Source: Takakia lepidozioides (lineage: Eukaryota > Plantae > Bryophyta). Taken from it: a DNA stretch of 64,000 bases. The DNA lies in assembly GCA_030704615.1 (NCBI GenBank), contig CM060733.1, positions 26,102,001 through 26,166,000 of the forward strand, read 5' to 3'. The notes below the pieces were generated by a model that did no database searches, had not been told where the DNA came from, and worked only from the letters and a program-made list of their open reading frames with translations. Below, piece after piece: positions 21,635 through 35,940 of this stretch. Each line of letters starts with the position of its first letter. Position 1 is the stretch's first letter. A program made the translations under genes and the position numbers.

Positions 21635-22270
21635 ACAGACATAGAATAAAAAATATTTTTTAAAATCACCCTTAGAGAAGGAGCACTTATTAAGCATTCG
21701 AAAACTTGAATGGGAAAAAAATGATACTATGTATCACATAGGGTCAACCAAGGTTAGGTATTTTTTTATCACCTTGGTGACATGTGCATCCTGTTGCTCT
21801 AAAAAAATATAAGTATTGGCAAAAGCCTCGCCAACAATTGAATAAGGCAAATGAGGAACCACGACCTCTATTTCTACATTTTCTTCCTCCTCGATTTTCA
21901 ATGGTCACATGTTAGTGAAAGTTGATTACGGTTAACAAAATGATTTTCAGTAGCTGACTGTTTTAATGGTCCCATGTTATTGAAATGAAAGAGTTTGAAT
22001 GCAGGCACAAAATAGGCACAAATAGGCACAAATACCCAACCACTGGACTACCTGCTCAAGTGCGAGTGAAAAAAAATATCTTAACACATAATACCTAATA
22101 CATTGCTCTGTAACATCTTTGGGAATTAAAAAAAAAATTAAAGATAACAAGCAGCTCTGCCACAAGAGGCTCTGTCCTAAAATTGTGTCTTATGTGAAAT
22201 CTTACAAAAAAAGAGTGCGTGAAATCCTACAAAGAGAAAAAGTAATCGTCATTGTTAAGATTGATCGTGT

Positions 22271-25200
22271 CTAGGTAAATAAAGATGTTAACGGTTCATT
22301 GCTATATATTGGAAGTGTGTTTGGTAGTTTGAATGCAATATAAATTGGTTTGTGGAAATCTGGCCAATATGCTTCTGTCACACCAGATTCACATTCATTT
22401 CGAGGGACATTTGCCCATATGTGGTCTAGTTGAGATCCGACTTTTGTGGTGCTTCCACTAAACTGCGACTTTAATTTGAATTTATCCATGAAATCCAACA
22501 ATTGTTGTTTGTTTTTTGCATGGTTATTGTCTTCTAAAATGTCAACATTAAAGTCCCCCAAAATGATAATTGGACAATATTTGGGCGAATTTTGTATTAG
22601 AGCTTCAAGTTTGTTTAGGAACGTAGAAACTGTGCATGAATGAGCTTTATAAACACATACAATATGTATTGTTTTTCGTGTATTGGTATTGAATGTGGCT
22701 GCTATGAATTCTGAGCCATTACTAGTTGTTGTATTGAAAAAATTTAAGTTCATATGTATATCATACATCATCATTAACCCATGACCGTCATGGATTGAAA
22801 CATATGAATACTTGGATGAATCTATGAATTTGTGCACATCGGTTGAGGAGTGGTGTATTCTTGTTTCCATAAGACATAAGATGTGAGACATTTGGAGGTT
22901 ATGTTCATGGTTAATGTCTTCATAATGTTGTCGTAAAGAAGTTGTATTTAAAGCTTGTATAATTATATGAGAATGATGCAAAGTTTTCAATTGACGAATA
23001 TATGGTTTCCAAGTTGCAGTTGTTTTTAATCTTTTCATTTCTGTATGTACCCTTGGATCCACATAGAAGTTTTCATGTTGGAGAGGAGCCAACAAAAATA
23101 GTTTTTCTTTTGTTCGAATGCGAGACAAAGCTGTATATGTTAGACCATGTTTTTTGACATTGGTAGGATCAAAGACTAGTTCATCCAGTGACAATCCTTG
23201 CGAGCGATGGATTGTTCTTGCTGCTGCAAGTTGAATTGGAAATTGTATTCTTGTTATGGTATGTGATTGCGTTTTACCGACTCTGATATCTTTGATAATA
23301 GGTTCTATTGGTGTCCATTGAGATTCAATGTTGTTAGTGAACAAATAATTAATTTTTTTTCTTGTTAGTATTCCAATCTTAGAGTTTTGAAACGCTATCC
23401 ATATTATGGTTTTGTCACAATATATTGTTGATGCTTTAAATATGCCGTCAGCTCCATTCACAAGACCATCAAATGTTGTGTAATTTCCAGCACATAATTC
23501 TACTAACATTTTTTTTATAAATATGAATTGCAGAATGCAAACCTGCGGTTTTGCTTGGATTGTTTGGAAGTTTGTAAGATGGCGGACATGATGAGTGATG
23601 AATGTCCGTTGCTTTGAAAACAAATGTGGGACCTGATGTATTAGCAAACACAGTTTCATTGTGTTTTCGTACGAATATATTTGTATAAAACAAATATGGA
23701 ATGGTGAGATCTTTGGGTGGTTGTCGATAACAAATTGAATTTATGAATTGTATATCTTCTATAGTTTGTACTGATGTACGGAATCTATTCAAAGTTTCTA
23801 TGAAAGGCATATCAGATTGTCTCATAACTTTGTTTAGTTCGTAGCATTGGACATTTTGTTTGCCAAAAATTTGGTGCTAATGCGTTAACATTGTCATTTA
23901 CGTTTAAAAAGATCCAACTATCTTTCATGGGGGGTGCTTGATACAAATTGTCTGTCATGATCATATCAAGATTACCAAAGAATTTATTTTGTATATGTTT
24001 TATGGACCTTAGTCGATTGTCTATAACGTTTAACATTCTAGCACTAATAAGTGATATTTCATCTATCACACCAAGTTATAATTGTTCATATCGACATGTA
24101 AGTCTATTTAATGAGTCTGATGATAGGTTTGGCAGATTTGATAATGATTGTTGAACAGGTATGTTTAATGCGGAATGTATAGTCAAACCATCAATATTGA
24201 ATGCAGCTTTACCTGTGGATGCCATGAGCAGAGCTTTGGTTTTATTAGGTCTGAGGATATATCTTTGTTGTATAATCGCAATAATCCTTGAATTATAAGT
24301 TTCAATGTAAGAGTTTTACCAGTTCCAGCACCCCTCGTGAGAAACAAGCAAATTGGTGAATCAGGGTGCAATTTTTTCCTATGCATAATATCATCAAAAA
24401 GTAGTCTTTGTTCTTCATTTAATTATCTAACTAAACTACGATATTCATATTCGTCCATCATTATGGAATAGTCGATTTTTGTGAAAATGTCATATTCCGA
24501 CGTTTGCGGCTTTTTATTATTTAATCCAGTGGTTGATTGAATTACAAAATCGGATCGTAAATCATATTGTTCAATATTGATTGTGTTTGTAATGGGGATT
24601 GAAGCATGTAAATTATTCGACTCACAATCCATGTCGTCATTCCAAATATTAGATGTATGCGATGATCTAGGTTTTTTAAAATCATCTACTTCCTCTATAT
24701 CTGGATGTGACATTTTGTAGCTGAAAATAGATCTAATTTTAGAAATTTCATCTTGCACTTGACAATATGCATCATGCCATGTGATATTGGTTTGAAGTTG
24801 GGAATTTTCTGAGCCTCTGAATGGTGAATATAATAGAAGTTGTTCTCTTGACCAATTTTCAATATCTTTATGTTTGTTATAGTTAACAAACCTGATAATT
24901 TTGGGTTTGCGACATTTCGAGATTTTATTATTTTTTATGTTCATAAAAGAGGCAAACTCAGCTAATGAGAATAATTCATAATGAGTAGCCCGGTTAATAT
25001 ATTTATCTACAATTGATGAACACATAATATCAGTTGAATCTGGTTCTAGTTGACTCAATGCGGCTTGTGGTTTTAACACAAAAGCATGGTCTTCATAAGG
25101 GATAAATTTAAAAACTCGAGATGAATGATATAACGGTAAAGAAAGCACAAGATAAGCAGCAAGTTGAGCAGACATTTGTTGAGCATTAAGAAAAGCGTTG

Positions 25201-28200
25201 CCCAATTTTTGAATTCTTATATTTGCATCTGTTTTATCTGCGATGCATTTTTGTACGATAGAATGTAATTCCGATGTTACTGACTTATCTATTTTTGTCA
25301 TATATGACGTGCAGTATGTTGCAGCTGCACATGGATCCAATATAAATTGGATATCGGTGTTTGCAAACCACAAATGAGCAGCACGTATACCAAATGCATT
25401 GGTTTTTATGTTTGCCGGAGTTCGTTTTAAGAAAATGTGTGGTTTTGTTAATTCACTTCTTAAGCTTAATATATACGTGTTTTCGTCGAGGTTTAAGTTT
25501 TTTAGAAATTCAGAAAATGTTATATCATCATTTGTTTTTAAATCTTTCAAAGATTGAAATATATTTTTTGCTTGTGTTTGTAGATATTGTTTTGAAAATG
25601 GAGAATTATCATTCAATTCAAGTGGTTCTAGGATTTTTGTTTCGGGCATAGGAGGTAATGGATAATGGAATCTACAAACAACATGGTTTTTTTTCTTACA
25701 TGTACGTGTATGTTGATGTTGTTGGGCATTTTGTAATGCATTTGGTAATAATGATACATCACAAGAAATATACATATCTACAAATTGTTCAATTTCTTTA
25801 TTAGTGTGTGTTCCATATCTAGGCGCGTTTTTAATCCATAAAAGTCCATGGTCATGTTCACTACCGCGATTTTGTGACAAAGAAAAAATCAGAAACGGAC
25901 CCAAAAATAGTCTCATCTTTTGTCATAAGTTTACGAAATGAAGACATTTTATGATCATAGTATCTTGCACATGTTATGGGGTCGGTTCGGATCAATTGTG
26001 CTATGTGAGCATATTGGAGGGCTTCCATTTTATTTGGGATATTTAGTCTTCTAGCATGTAAAGTGTGTAAAGCCTTAATGAGAGGATCCCATAATGTTTC
26101 AGCAGATGTAAAAAGTCACAAAGAATGTTGGAGGACCGAGCTGTTGAATCATTGCAAATAAATTCTTACGCAAGCCTTTTAAATAATCAGGTGAAGTGCG
26201 TAAGCTTTCCAAATCACGATAGCCTAGGTATGATTTAAAAATTTGGTCCAAGTTTGGTTTATCCACTTGATAAGCTTTTAATGTTCTTCCACTTAGTTTC
26301 CATTTTCGCATTCGCACCCAGCCTGAACCTATGACCTTCTGGATTGAAACTTTAGCGGCTTTGAAAAAAAGGTTTGAAATATTGGTCGAAAAATCACTAG
26401 ATTTGTGGAGCAACTCCCATTGTGCTATTTGTTGATATGAAAACCTTCCAGAAATTAGTCGAGGATGGCCATAAAATAATGTTGAAAAATTTAGTTCTTC
26501 CGAGTGCTTGTCTTTAAATAAACCTAAGGGATGAAAGTTTTGACTTGGAGCAACAGAATATATATCATTTTCGTAGTCCATTATTTTTGGAGCGTCAAAA
26601 AATTATGTATCATGGAGTCGGTTGGTGTACAATTTCTTTCATCGTTGTCAAAATCAGAATTATCAGATGTTGAACTATTAGTTTAAGATTCTAAGTGTAT
26701 ATGCAAGGCAAACAAACTTTCCCATTGATGGTGAATAGTAATATTCAAATTTTTGTACAATGACGTTTCAATTAAATCTCGTAGAGCGAGCATAACCAAG
26801 TTTGGACGAATATTTCCCGACATAGAAGGTGATTTGTATTCAAGACGTCGCTTGAGGAATAGACCTATTGTTGCTTCATCATATGGTACACGTGGCAATA
26901 TGGATTGAGTTTGATCCACATTTGTAGGAACATTGATAACACTGCCATGCATTTTATATTGTCCATAACCATGAAGTTTATAAATTTGAGCAAAAGAAAG
27001 ACGTGGCGAAATAAGACGTTCTTCTAATTGTGTTAGTTTTTGGACTGATGAAATGATTTTATTTCTAGAAATTTTATTTGGTACTTGATACAAAGGCGGT
27101 TTATCTTCATTAATGTTACGTAAGCAACTTGTACATATGCATAATGTAGGGTCTATTTGAATTTGAAAGTATATGGAAAAAAAAATTATAATGTTTTTGA
27201 AAGAAAATTTAGTTGTTTTAAAAAGCACAACCTTTCACAACAAAAACAGGGAATTATAGGAACATCTTGAATTTGTTCATTATAGATATCAATGTATATT
27301 GATTTATGTGCATGTTCATTTGTTTCAGTATGTTGTTGCACATGAGGTGGTTGTTTGATCTCATCCGAATGCATTCAATATATGGTGATTGAACTTTGTT
27401 GTTTGTGACAAATTTATGCGAATTTTTAATATATATATATTTCACGTGATGAATAATTTGTGATATTGTTCGTTTAATATTTGGAAACATGTTAATGAAT
27501 TTGGATGCTTTTGTAGAATAAGGTAGATTTGGATAAGTTTGTAACAAATCAAAAAAATTGTTGTCATAAAGTGCCCAATCAAAATATTCTCTTTTTCTTT
27601 TTTGTGTGAGGTTGGAAATATTGGGTGGAGAGGAGTGTGACAAGTGCATACTAGGGATTTGTTGACTTGTTGGAATATAAATTAAAATGGGTGGAGACGA
27701 AACCTGAGGGACACTACTATTTGCGACAAATTTACTTGAATTTGTAATATATAAATATTTCATGTGATTAATAATTTGTGACATTGTTCTTTTAATATTT
27801 GGAAACATGTTAATGAATTTGGATGCTTTTGTAGAATAAGGTAGATTTGGACAAGTTTGTAATAATTCAAAAAAATTGTTGTCATAAAGTGTCCAATCGA
27901 ATTTTTTTTTATTTTTTTTCTTGTGTGGGATTGGAAGTAATGGTTGGAGAGGAGTGTGACAATTGCATATTAGGAATTTGTTGACTTGTTGGAATGGAAA
28001 TTGTAATGAGTGGAGATGAAACCTGAGGGACACTTGTATTTGCAACCTGTTTCATTTTTCTTTTAATGTATTGAATACGGTTTTTAACTTGTTTTCGGGT
28101 AATATTTGTATTGCAAAAAGTGTTGAATAGTGAGGCAATATAATCCAATTTTGAAGTAGAATTATTTTTCCAAAGGTCCATCAATGTAGAGTCTAATTTT

Positions 28201-28861
28201 TCATACCAAGTGAAACGTAAATTTGTTTGTGGAGATTGAGTAGATGGTTGTTGTGTTGTTGATTCTGACAGAGATGGAAATTCATCCAAATTTATGATTA
28301 CTTGAGGATCATTTGTTTGAGAAAAAGGTAGGGACGTAGGTGCATCATTGGCATACTCAATTGGTTCAAAATGTTGAGCATTGTAAGCTATATGTAAGGG
28401 GCTAGATTGAAAATCCATTCCACATCGAGACATTATACGTTTTGATACTTTATTCCAAATGTAAATTGCCCTTTGTAAATATTCTGTTATCCAGAAAATT
28501 GCAGTGAAATCTCCCCACAGACCTCCAATTATAGTGCACTTTGTGACATTTTTGTCACATATTCATGTTCATTTAAGACTGCACCTTGATGTAAATCAAA
28601 CAAAGAATCTGGATTCAATTCTCGAATGCGACATTGTTGGGCTTTTTCTGTATTTAATAATAAACATTGACTTAAATATGTCATACTGTTTTGCCTCAAT
28701 TGAAGAGACGACATTTCATTATGTAATAGATAAGAAATAGAATCAAATAGACAATTGCTTACTTTATATTTATATGTTGAAACCAGACGAAGTCCGGATG
28801 AATGTAAGACATGATCAAATGAAGAATGAAGAAGAAGATCCGGTGTAATTGTGTCCATCAT
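22271..28861 (-). pseudogene. Helitron polyprotein OTU - 3x Myb/SANT-like - Zn finger - Rep (HUH) - PIF1 helicase - EEP/AP endonuclease, with multiple frameshifts
   Basis: OTU: NCLFDSISY..WGD..HIAYNAQHFEP. Rep: QLGPPTFFVT, QNRGSEHDHGLLW, YCTSYMTK. Helicase: GAGTGKT, DEIS, LYQAPPM, QFPIQLAAARTIHRSQGLSL. Endonuclease: ALNTTSL, LCLMET, ILGDFNVD, SQLDHIW. Confidence 0.9.
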
Positions 28862-29324
28862 TATGAATCTTAATTAAATAGATGTAAGAACTAGATTTGA
28901 AAACTGGATACTAGACTGGGAACTGAAATATTGCCCGGTCACCAATTAAAAAATGAATGTAAATATGAACTGTATTTTGTCAATAAAGATTGGGTTTGAA
29001 TAAGTTTGACCATTTAATAGAAACCGCTTACATCAAAACCGCTTACATAGAAACCGCTTTGTGTATATGACCGCTTATAATATCATTTGAATTGTTGAAA
29101 ACTGATCACATATTATGATGTGAAAACCACCATGTACAAATAACTAATTTACAAATGAAAACTATATGTAATACGAAACCTTTTTTTGTACCTTGAAAAC
29201 AACAATGGGAAAAATACTATAGTAAGGTCATATAAAAGTTTTTCACATCACAAGCTGTTTATCTCAAAGAGAAGAGAATAACAAGGATGATGCATTAAAA
29301 ATTATTTTCAAAAACACCAAGTGT

Positions 29325-30832
29325 TTAGGAGGTTTTCTGATTGGAAACTGATTCCAGATCATCAAAGTGAAGTTTACGTTTCACACCGTATTGCACATCA
29401 TCAAATGGTCCTAATTTTGATGGACCAGGACGAGCTGCCAAAGGGGTTACATCCAAATCCACGGGAAATTCCGTTTTAGGGATTGATTGTTTAATGTCCT
29501 CTTGAAAACCAACAACGGCAGATGTGGGGCTCAACTGAAATTTACCACGAATACGAATTGTGTTGAGGAGCTGAACCTGTTTTGGACGAGGGAAATTGAG
29601 GAACTCGGATTCTACCATATGCACGATTGCCTCGAGCCATTTGCCCTCAATGGTCAGCAACACAGGTTCAGTGTCGGTTATAATGGAGGCACGGAGAAAA
29701 CCTGACTTTTGAACTTTTGTTTTCAAACGACAGCCGTTACAATGAACATCGTCGGTCGGAGAGATGGTGATATCTGATACACGACAGTGCTCACATACTT
29801 TTTGAAATGGAGGGGCAGCAGGACTGAGTATGGACAGCACCCCGATTACCTGGAAAAATCCAGGATTACATTATTTTAGAATAAGATACAGATTAACTAG
29901 AATTGATAGCAAAAAATTCAATACAAACAAAAGAAGATATAATGGCTTACCTCTCTTACTGCGGGCTGAGTACTGGTAAATTTGTTGTGCAAATGAAGAA
30001 GACGAGCTCGAACGCTTTCATCAACAACCCTGCTGAAAATTGTGTGGGGTTGTGCTCTCAAATGCCGATCTCCTTTGGACGTTGTTGCAACATTCTTGAT
30101 TAAGACCATAACACATTGGCCAGCATTGTATGCTTCCACGATTTGATCATATTCTGTTTTGAAATTCCTCCCCATAGCAAGAACATCCTGGTCAAATTCT
30201 CCCTCTCTATCTGCAATCATTAGTTGATTTTCACCCTTCATATCTTGTCCTCCCCCCCTTATTGCAGTAACAATGACAGCAAGGGTGACACAGGCCCAAC
30301 TCTGAAGAGAGGTTCGGAACTCTCTTATGGAATCCGTGTGGAAAAACATGGGAACCAACTCAGGTTCAAAGGCAGGAATTGAAGACACGGTTGTGGTTGA
30401 CTCAACTGTTATGATCACATACATATCGCCTTTCTCAAAACCTCTTTTGGATTTTGAGTCCATCCCGAAATTTTCTACCCTCACATACATTCCCTTTTGC
30501 AAAGACTGCTCATGCATTTTTATAAAGGGCGACTTAACTCTCTAAGTGACTGTGGTCAAGGCTGTCTTATTTAGCAAATCACAGTGCAAGTAAGCATAAC
30601 CTGGATCTTCCATGGTCTTGTTGGCAATCCGATCAAAAGTGTCATATCTGTTCAGCACCTTCGTCTCAAATGCAACATCTCGGATTCCATAATTCAAGTC
30701 ATCCACTGTGACTACCATCATGCCTTCCTTCGGTGCTACATCAGACATTGTAAAAGCAATTGTTACCACAACACGGACTAGAGGGTGAATGATGCAAAGA
30801 GAGAGAGGGAGTGGGAGCAAGCTTACACTCAC
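29325..30832 (-). CDS. RPA70-like OB-fold ssDNA-binding gene carried by the Helitron (intron ~29850-29947; probable frameshift ~30545)
   Basis: VTVDDL..FETKVLNRY..LQKGMYVRVENF (OB fold). C-terminal VCEHC..HCNGC..FLRASIITDT..LTIEG resembles the RPA70 Zn-ribbon OB domain. Plant Helitrons are known to carry RPA-like genes. Confidence 0.65.
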
Positions 30833-31249
30833 AAATGTAGCTATGGAATCCGTTTTGGATTGCCTCTGGATGACCTCAAGAAAATGCCTTCGGAAGAATG
30901 AGACCGCCCCATGTGCGCATTAACTGCGCCGCTCCATAGGTTACTTAGTGCGCCGCCTACTTTACGAGCAGGTCATGGAGAAAGACGACAAGATGTTGCA
31001 GAAGACGAGAGCAAAAACGAAGAATATGAGCTCGAAAATGAATGCGAAACCCTAAACAGTCTTAAAGAATCTTAGGGCAATGGGGAAATTGTAGTTTGTG
31101 TAGGGTGTGACAGTTTTGAACCCACAACCTCTTAGAATAGAAAGTCTTAAGAGCACTCATGATAACCACTAGAGCAATTATGACATAGTCCGCTACTCTT
31201 GGTTAGATTATGGTTTTTTTTTTTTTTTTTTTTTTTTTTTGGTCCTAAA

Positions 31250-32000
31250 CTTGCTGACACGTGTCCTTTCATCCCAAAAAAATGAAAAACTGTCATTTTC
31301 AGTTCATTTTTTGGAATTTTTGCCACCCTTTTTTTTTACATCCTCCTCCGTGGCCACCCTATCATCCCCCTCACAGGCCACCTTCTTCATTTGTTGTGAA
31401 TTTCTTCATGACCTCTTGAAAAATATATGTGCTTCGTGGCATAAAAGGTTGAACCCATGCCCACCAGGAATCAAGCAACCTTCTTACCGCTAAGCTACAC
31501 CTACTATCTTAAAGAAAGGCTTGACTATAATGTATATATCTAGTTATATAAATACTACCACATCAAAAGTCAATGCCCTATGCTATAATTACCCATCAGT
31601 AATCTTCTGACACGTGTCCACTTTCATCTGTTCTGAATGTCAAAAAGCTTACACTAAATGAACCTTTCCCATCCAAGTTCCTGGCCTCTTCAAAATTATA
31701 TATTCTACGTGGCATGTAAAATTTGAACCGAGTACCTGCTGGCAAATATTCCATCCTTTTCACCACCAAACGACACTTGATACATTGACATTATGCCAAA
31801 ACTACACTGTATATAGATAGACAAATATTCCATCCTTTTCACCACCAAGCTACACCTGATACATTGACATTATGCCAAACTACAGTGCATATAGATAAAT
31901 ATAGATGCTCATATATTAAAAGTGTATGCTCTACACTGTAATTACCTGTCATTATCTTTTCACACGTGTCTTCTGTCATCTGCTCTCAATGTCGAAAAGC
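31250..32000. repeat. Diverged ~350-bp tandem repeats anchored on TGACACGTGTC at the Helitron 5' side
   Basis: (T/C)GACACGTGTC..TCATC at ~31255, 31608 and 31960; internal duplication at 31743-31900. Confidence 0.7.
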
Positions 32001-32810
32001 TTATAAATGATTCAAATGGAATATATATTAATCTTCCTTAAAGTTAATAATATATGTAATAATAACTAGTGAAGGGGGATCCAACCGCTCACCACCTAGT
32101 GAAGGTATATCTGGAGGCTTATCCATTCAGCCTACCTCCATTACTCGCACCCTATCAACGACACAATGGCGTGAGCGTTGCGCGTGAGCGTACGCTCACG
32201 CAGGAGTGACGTGGCGTGAGCGTCATGTCAGCATGCTGATGTGGCGGGAAATGATGACATGGCACTGTCCGTCATCTGCCACGTCAGCATTAACATGCGC
32301 CGCCTATAACCGAGGATGGTCCTATGACCGTGGAATTAATGCAGGAGAGATGGAACCCACCAACCATCCCCTGGTATGGCAGCTCCTTATGGAGTGAGTG
32401 TGGTATGAGTGCATACCAGACCTCTTGCCTAAATAGAATCAAGACTACCATGAGGCCTACAATTGTAGCATCCAACATTGTGCAATTACAAATGTTTGTT
32501 TCACTTTTACAATTACGAGGACGAGAAAATATCCTCACAAAGTGTGCGCCATAGAGGCTGCCACGGGAAGAACTTCCTCCCTCCTCAAATAACAATGAGA
32601 GTTAGGATCATCTTCAAAAGATGATTGTAGTGCATAGTGACAGCAAGACATGTAGACTTCGAACGGTGCAATGACAAATGTGCTTTTAAAAGTTGTCACT
32701 CAGAGCTCACTTAGTATAGTTGGAGGCCATATCATTGCACCGCCGACGAATTGATGTGAATTACACATTTCAAATCATGGTCGTCCACATACCACATTGC
32801 ATAGTTGATG

Positions 32811-35800
32811 CTACCCATGTGTTGTATCCCGCTGCAATAAAGTATCGACCTCGTTGAAACTTATAGTGGCCTGGTGAATGAAGTTGTCACGTTTGGGATC
32901 GCAACCATCCTCTTCAAAAATATGAAATACAAATGTTTGCAGGGTATGAATTTACCTCTCTTGCCCAAACTGGTTGATAGCATATTCACAAAATCAGGAC
33001 ATGTGCAATTGGGGAAATTGGAAACCGTGATGTCGTAGGTCCTGTCATGAACAGCAGATGTGGAAGTGATGATTGTGAATACCCGACCATAGTGTTCAGC
33101 GGTTGGAGGGAAACGCCGAACGAGCTTTCCATCTCGTTTGGTTGGCCACAAGTCAGGATTTGCCGGGGGGACCCGGGAGGACGCAGAAGTAGTAGCACAT
33201 GCATGGAGTTGGGGTTGTCTCGCAAGGGAAAAGCCCGCCTCCTCCAGCATTTCAATCTCCTGAAATCTGAGATGTGTTCCCACCTTCACGGGCCAAACGG
33301 TTGGAGGAGATGGCTTCATCACTACGGAAGGACGCACAGTTCCATGCACACATCTGGCACAATCATCTGCGCAGAACCAGAACTTGTGGTTCTTGGCTTC
33401 TGGTTGATCGTATGGACGCATCAAACCCGTGAAAGTCGGAGCAGAAGTTCGGGCACCACCTCTGGATATAGATGAAGTGCACTTCTCGAAATTAGTTGCC
33501 CTGATTGCTGTACATTTCACACGCGACCCTGCACTTGTGCGTTCTATGTGCCAAACGTGGTCGGGGCATGTGGACTCAAGCACATCAAGGGGGTGTTTCT
33601 CTCCTGCACCATTTCAGTGGCACTGTTTGATGCTGGAGCTTGCCATCGTGTTGGAGGTTCCTCCAGAATGGAGGTTCCGGACATGGAGCTGTCATGCAGG
33701 GGAACACGAGGCTTCGAGAAGTTATCACGGTCTGCCCTGTGCGAATCGGAATCCGAACCAGGTGGAGTGTTCAATTTCCTCTTACAGGAGCCGAATCTCT
33801 CATCCCCTTCAAGATGTGGAACTCTAGAAACAAGTGGCGTTCCCTGGGCATACATGCTCACCGCCCGTGCTATCTTGATTGGATCCCCAGATCTGTTTGC
33901 AGCACGCAACATCAACTCCCATTTGTCCGGACCCTTGCCAACAACCCACCTCGCAAGAAATCACGGTATCGGGTTTGTTGTTGCAAGACACGTATCAAAT
34001 CATCTGTTGTTGCCACATACAAATCCCGACCTCGTTTCCCAGACTGCTGCAACCATGCGTTGTGCACAGTTTCTGCCAAATTGCAAGATGGCAGTCCACC
34101 ATTTCCTCAATGGACATGTTCTGCAAAGTGGAGAACCACACTTCAAAACAATGAACAAGAAACAACATAAAGAAAGCGAGGAGACAATAAAATGGAAAGT
34201 AAATGTATGAATAAAGCAAGAAATATAAACCTCGTACCACTGCCATGGCTGCTCCCCACTGTCTATACCGGAAGTGCCAAAACGCCAGCCAATCTTCCAA
34301 TGCTCTCATACTCTCAAGTGATGCAGCTCCAGAAGAGAACCACCAGGCACGAATTGTCTGGAACAAAGTGTCCGCCTCCTTCATTGTTCTAGCATCTTTG
34401 TACTCTTTGAACAATTAACGGTGCTGAGTCTGCATCTCTGGTTTGATGTCCGACTTTGTATGTTTTCCAGAGATTGTGTCCAATGGAATAGACATGTACG
34501 CTCTCTTCCTCGCATTGGCACTTTTGGGTCGCCCGATCGAAAACAATACGAACAGCATTGAAATTTGCTTGAGCACTATCCGCCATGAAACCTGTGAAAT
34601 TTGGAGATGGCACCCCATGGCACCCCATGACACGTATCAAGGAATTCCACATGAGCTTCTGGGATTCCGTATCCTCGGATTGCATGTCACAAACTGCAAT
34701 TGTCATAACTCGTTGGTACACTGGATCGTAGACATGACAAGCTTGTCGTCCAATCCTTCACTCGTTTGACATGATCAAACATAAGAAAACAGTTCTGCAA
34801 GTCCCCAGTCTTCTGCATCCGCTTCACGAGGCTAACCCCACTGCTTCCCAACAGTCGACATTTTGAAAAGAAAACTTTGATGACACTTGACCTGGGAATA
34901 CATTGTCCTGGATGTAATCGTACTTGCTACTCGTGCTTCAACTCGTTCAACTCCAAAATGTTTGTCTATGTAGCCTTTGATACCAGAGCCCATTCTTAAT
35001 GCATTGATCTGATGCCGAATGTTAGGTGAACTCAAAGTGGAGAAATGATCCATGACCAGGTCCAATGTTGCACCGTCAAGTTTAGTCCCCACAGATCCCC
35101 TTCACTCAAAATATGGCTTTCCAAGAAGGACTTGCTTGCGCCAAGAGCAATTGCAGATGTTGTTGCGAATGGGTTTCTCCCGAACTTCTGTTTAATCAAC
35201 CTCGATATTGTCTCAACACTCTCCTTGTAATCCCCCTTCGAGACAGGATGGTTATGGAATCCGAAATGCACACAAGCTCTTGTCATTGTTTTCAAACGGT
35301 GGACAACATAGTACATTCTTGCTCTATAGATCGCCAAGCAGGATGGCACAAGTTTGCAGAATTTGCAGACGAAAGTGTTTGCCGGTAGTGGGGCGTCCCA
35401 GGCTGAAATGGATTTCCGCCAGACCCTCCCATTCGCTTTGATTATGAACCCCAGACTGAAGAAAGTGTCTGCAATTCAATTATCACACCTAAGGTGTCCA
35501 TTGCAAACTGTTCTCCTGAAAACAAGCTTGTCATCATTCTGAATATTGGATGTTTTTGTTCTTCACCACGAGTGCCCGTCGTGTTTCTTGTCCATTCCAT
35601 GCATCATGATTGTTACACCTCCAACTCGTGGAGGAGGAGGCATCTCGAATAGGATATCGCCATCAAAAGTCTCTGGCAAGAACTTCACAGGCACCTGCTT
35701 CAAAGATTCCCAATCAATTCCTCGCAACTCACTTTTGAATCCAGCCATTCCTCCCATCGCCCGTGTTTTGGAATGACACTACAAATCTCTTCTTCATCAG

Positions 35801-35940
35801 CTTCTCCAACCACAGTAGGAAGGACTGGATTTGGAATTTCACTTATGTCATCATCGGACGAATCCGAAAGCTCAACGAGTGGAGTGGAGGACATTTGTTC
35901 TTTTTTCACCACCACCTCCCTCTTGTCTTCAACGACCGAA
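32811..35940 (-). pseudogene. MULE transposase, copy 2 (5' end deleted, many frameshifts)
   Basis: ORF fragments are near-identical to the copy-1 transposase (FMADSAQANFNA, CTCPDF..CKH). Confidence 0.9.

Larger units (their letters stand above)
21640..32070 (-). mobile_element. Endonuclease-encoding Helitron (Helentron/HLE2-like) with an RPA-like gene; termini approximate
   Basis: AT-rich block encoding Rep, PIF1 helicase, AP endonuclease, OTU and RPA-like domains. A candidate hairpin lies at ~21743-21782, and ~350-bp tandem repeats lie at the other end. Confidence 0.8.

Noticed and set aside
32060-32110. CTAGTG as a defined Helitron or CACTA terminus
   Set aside because: It occurs twice, with no matching partner end, TSD or convincing hairpin.
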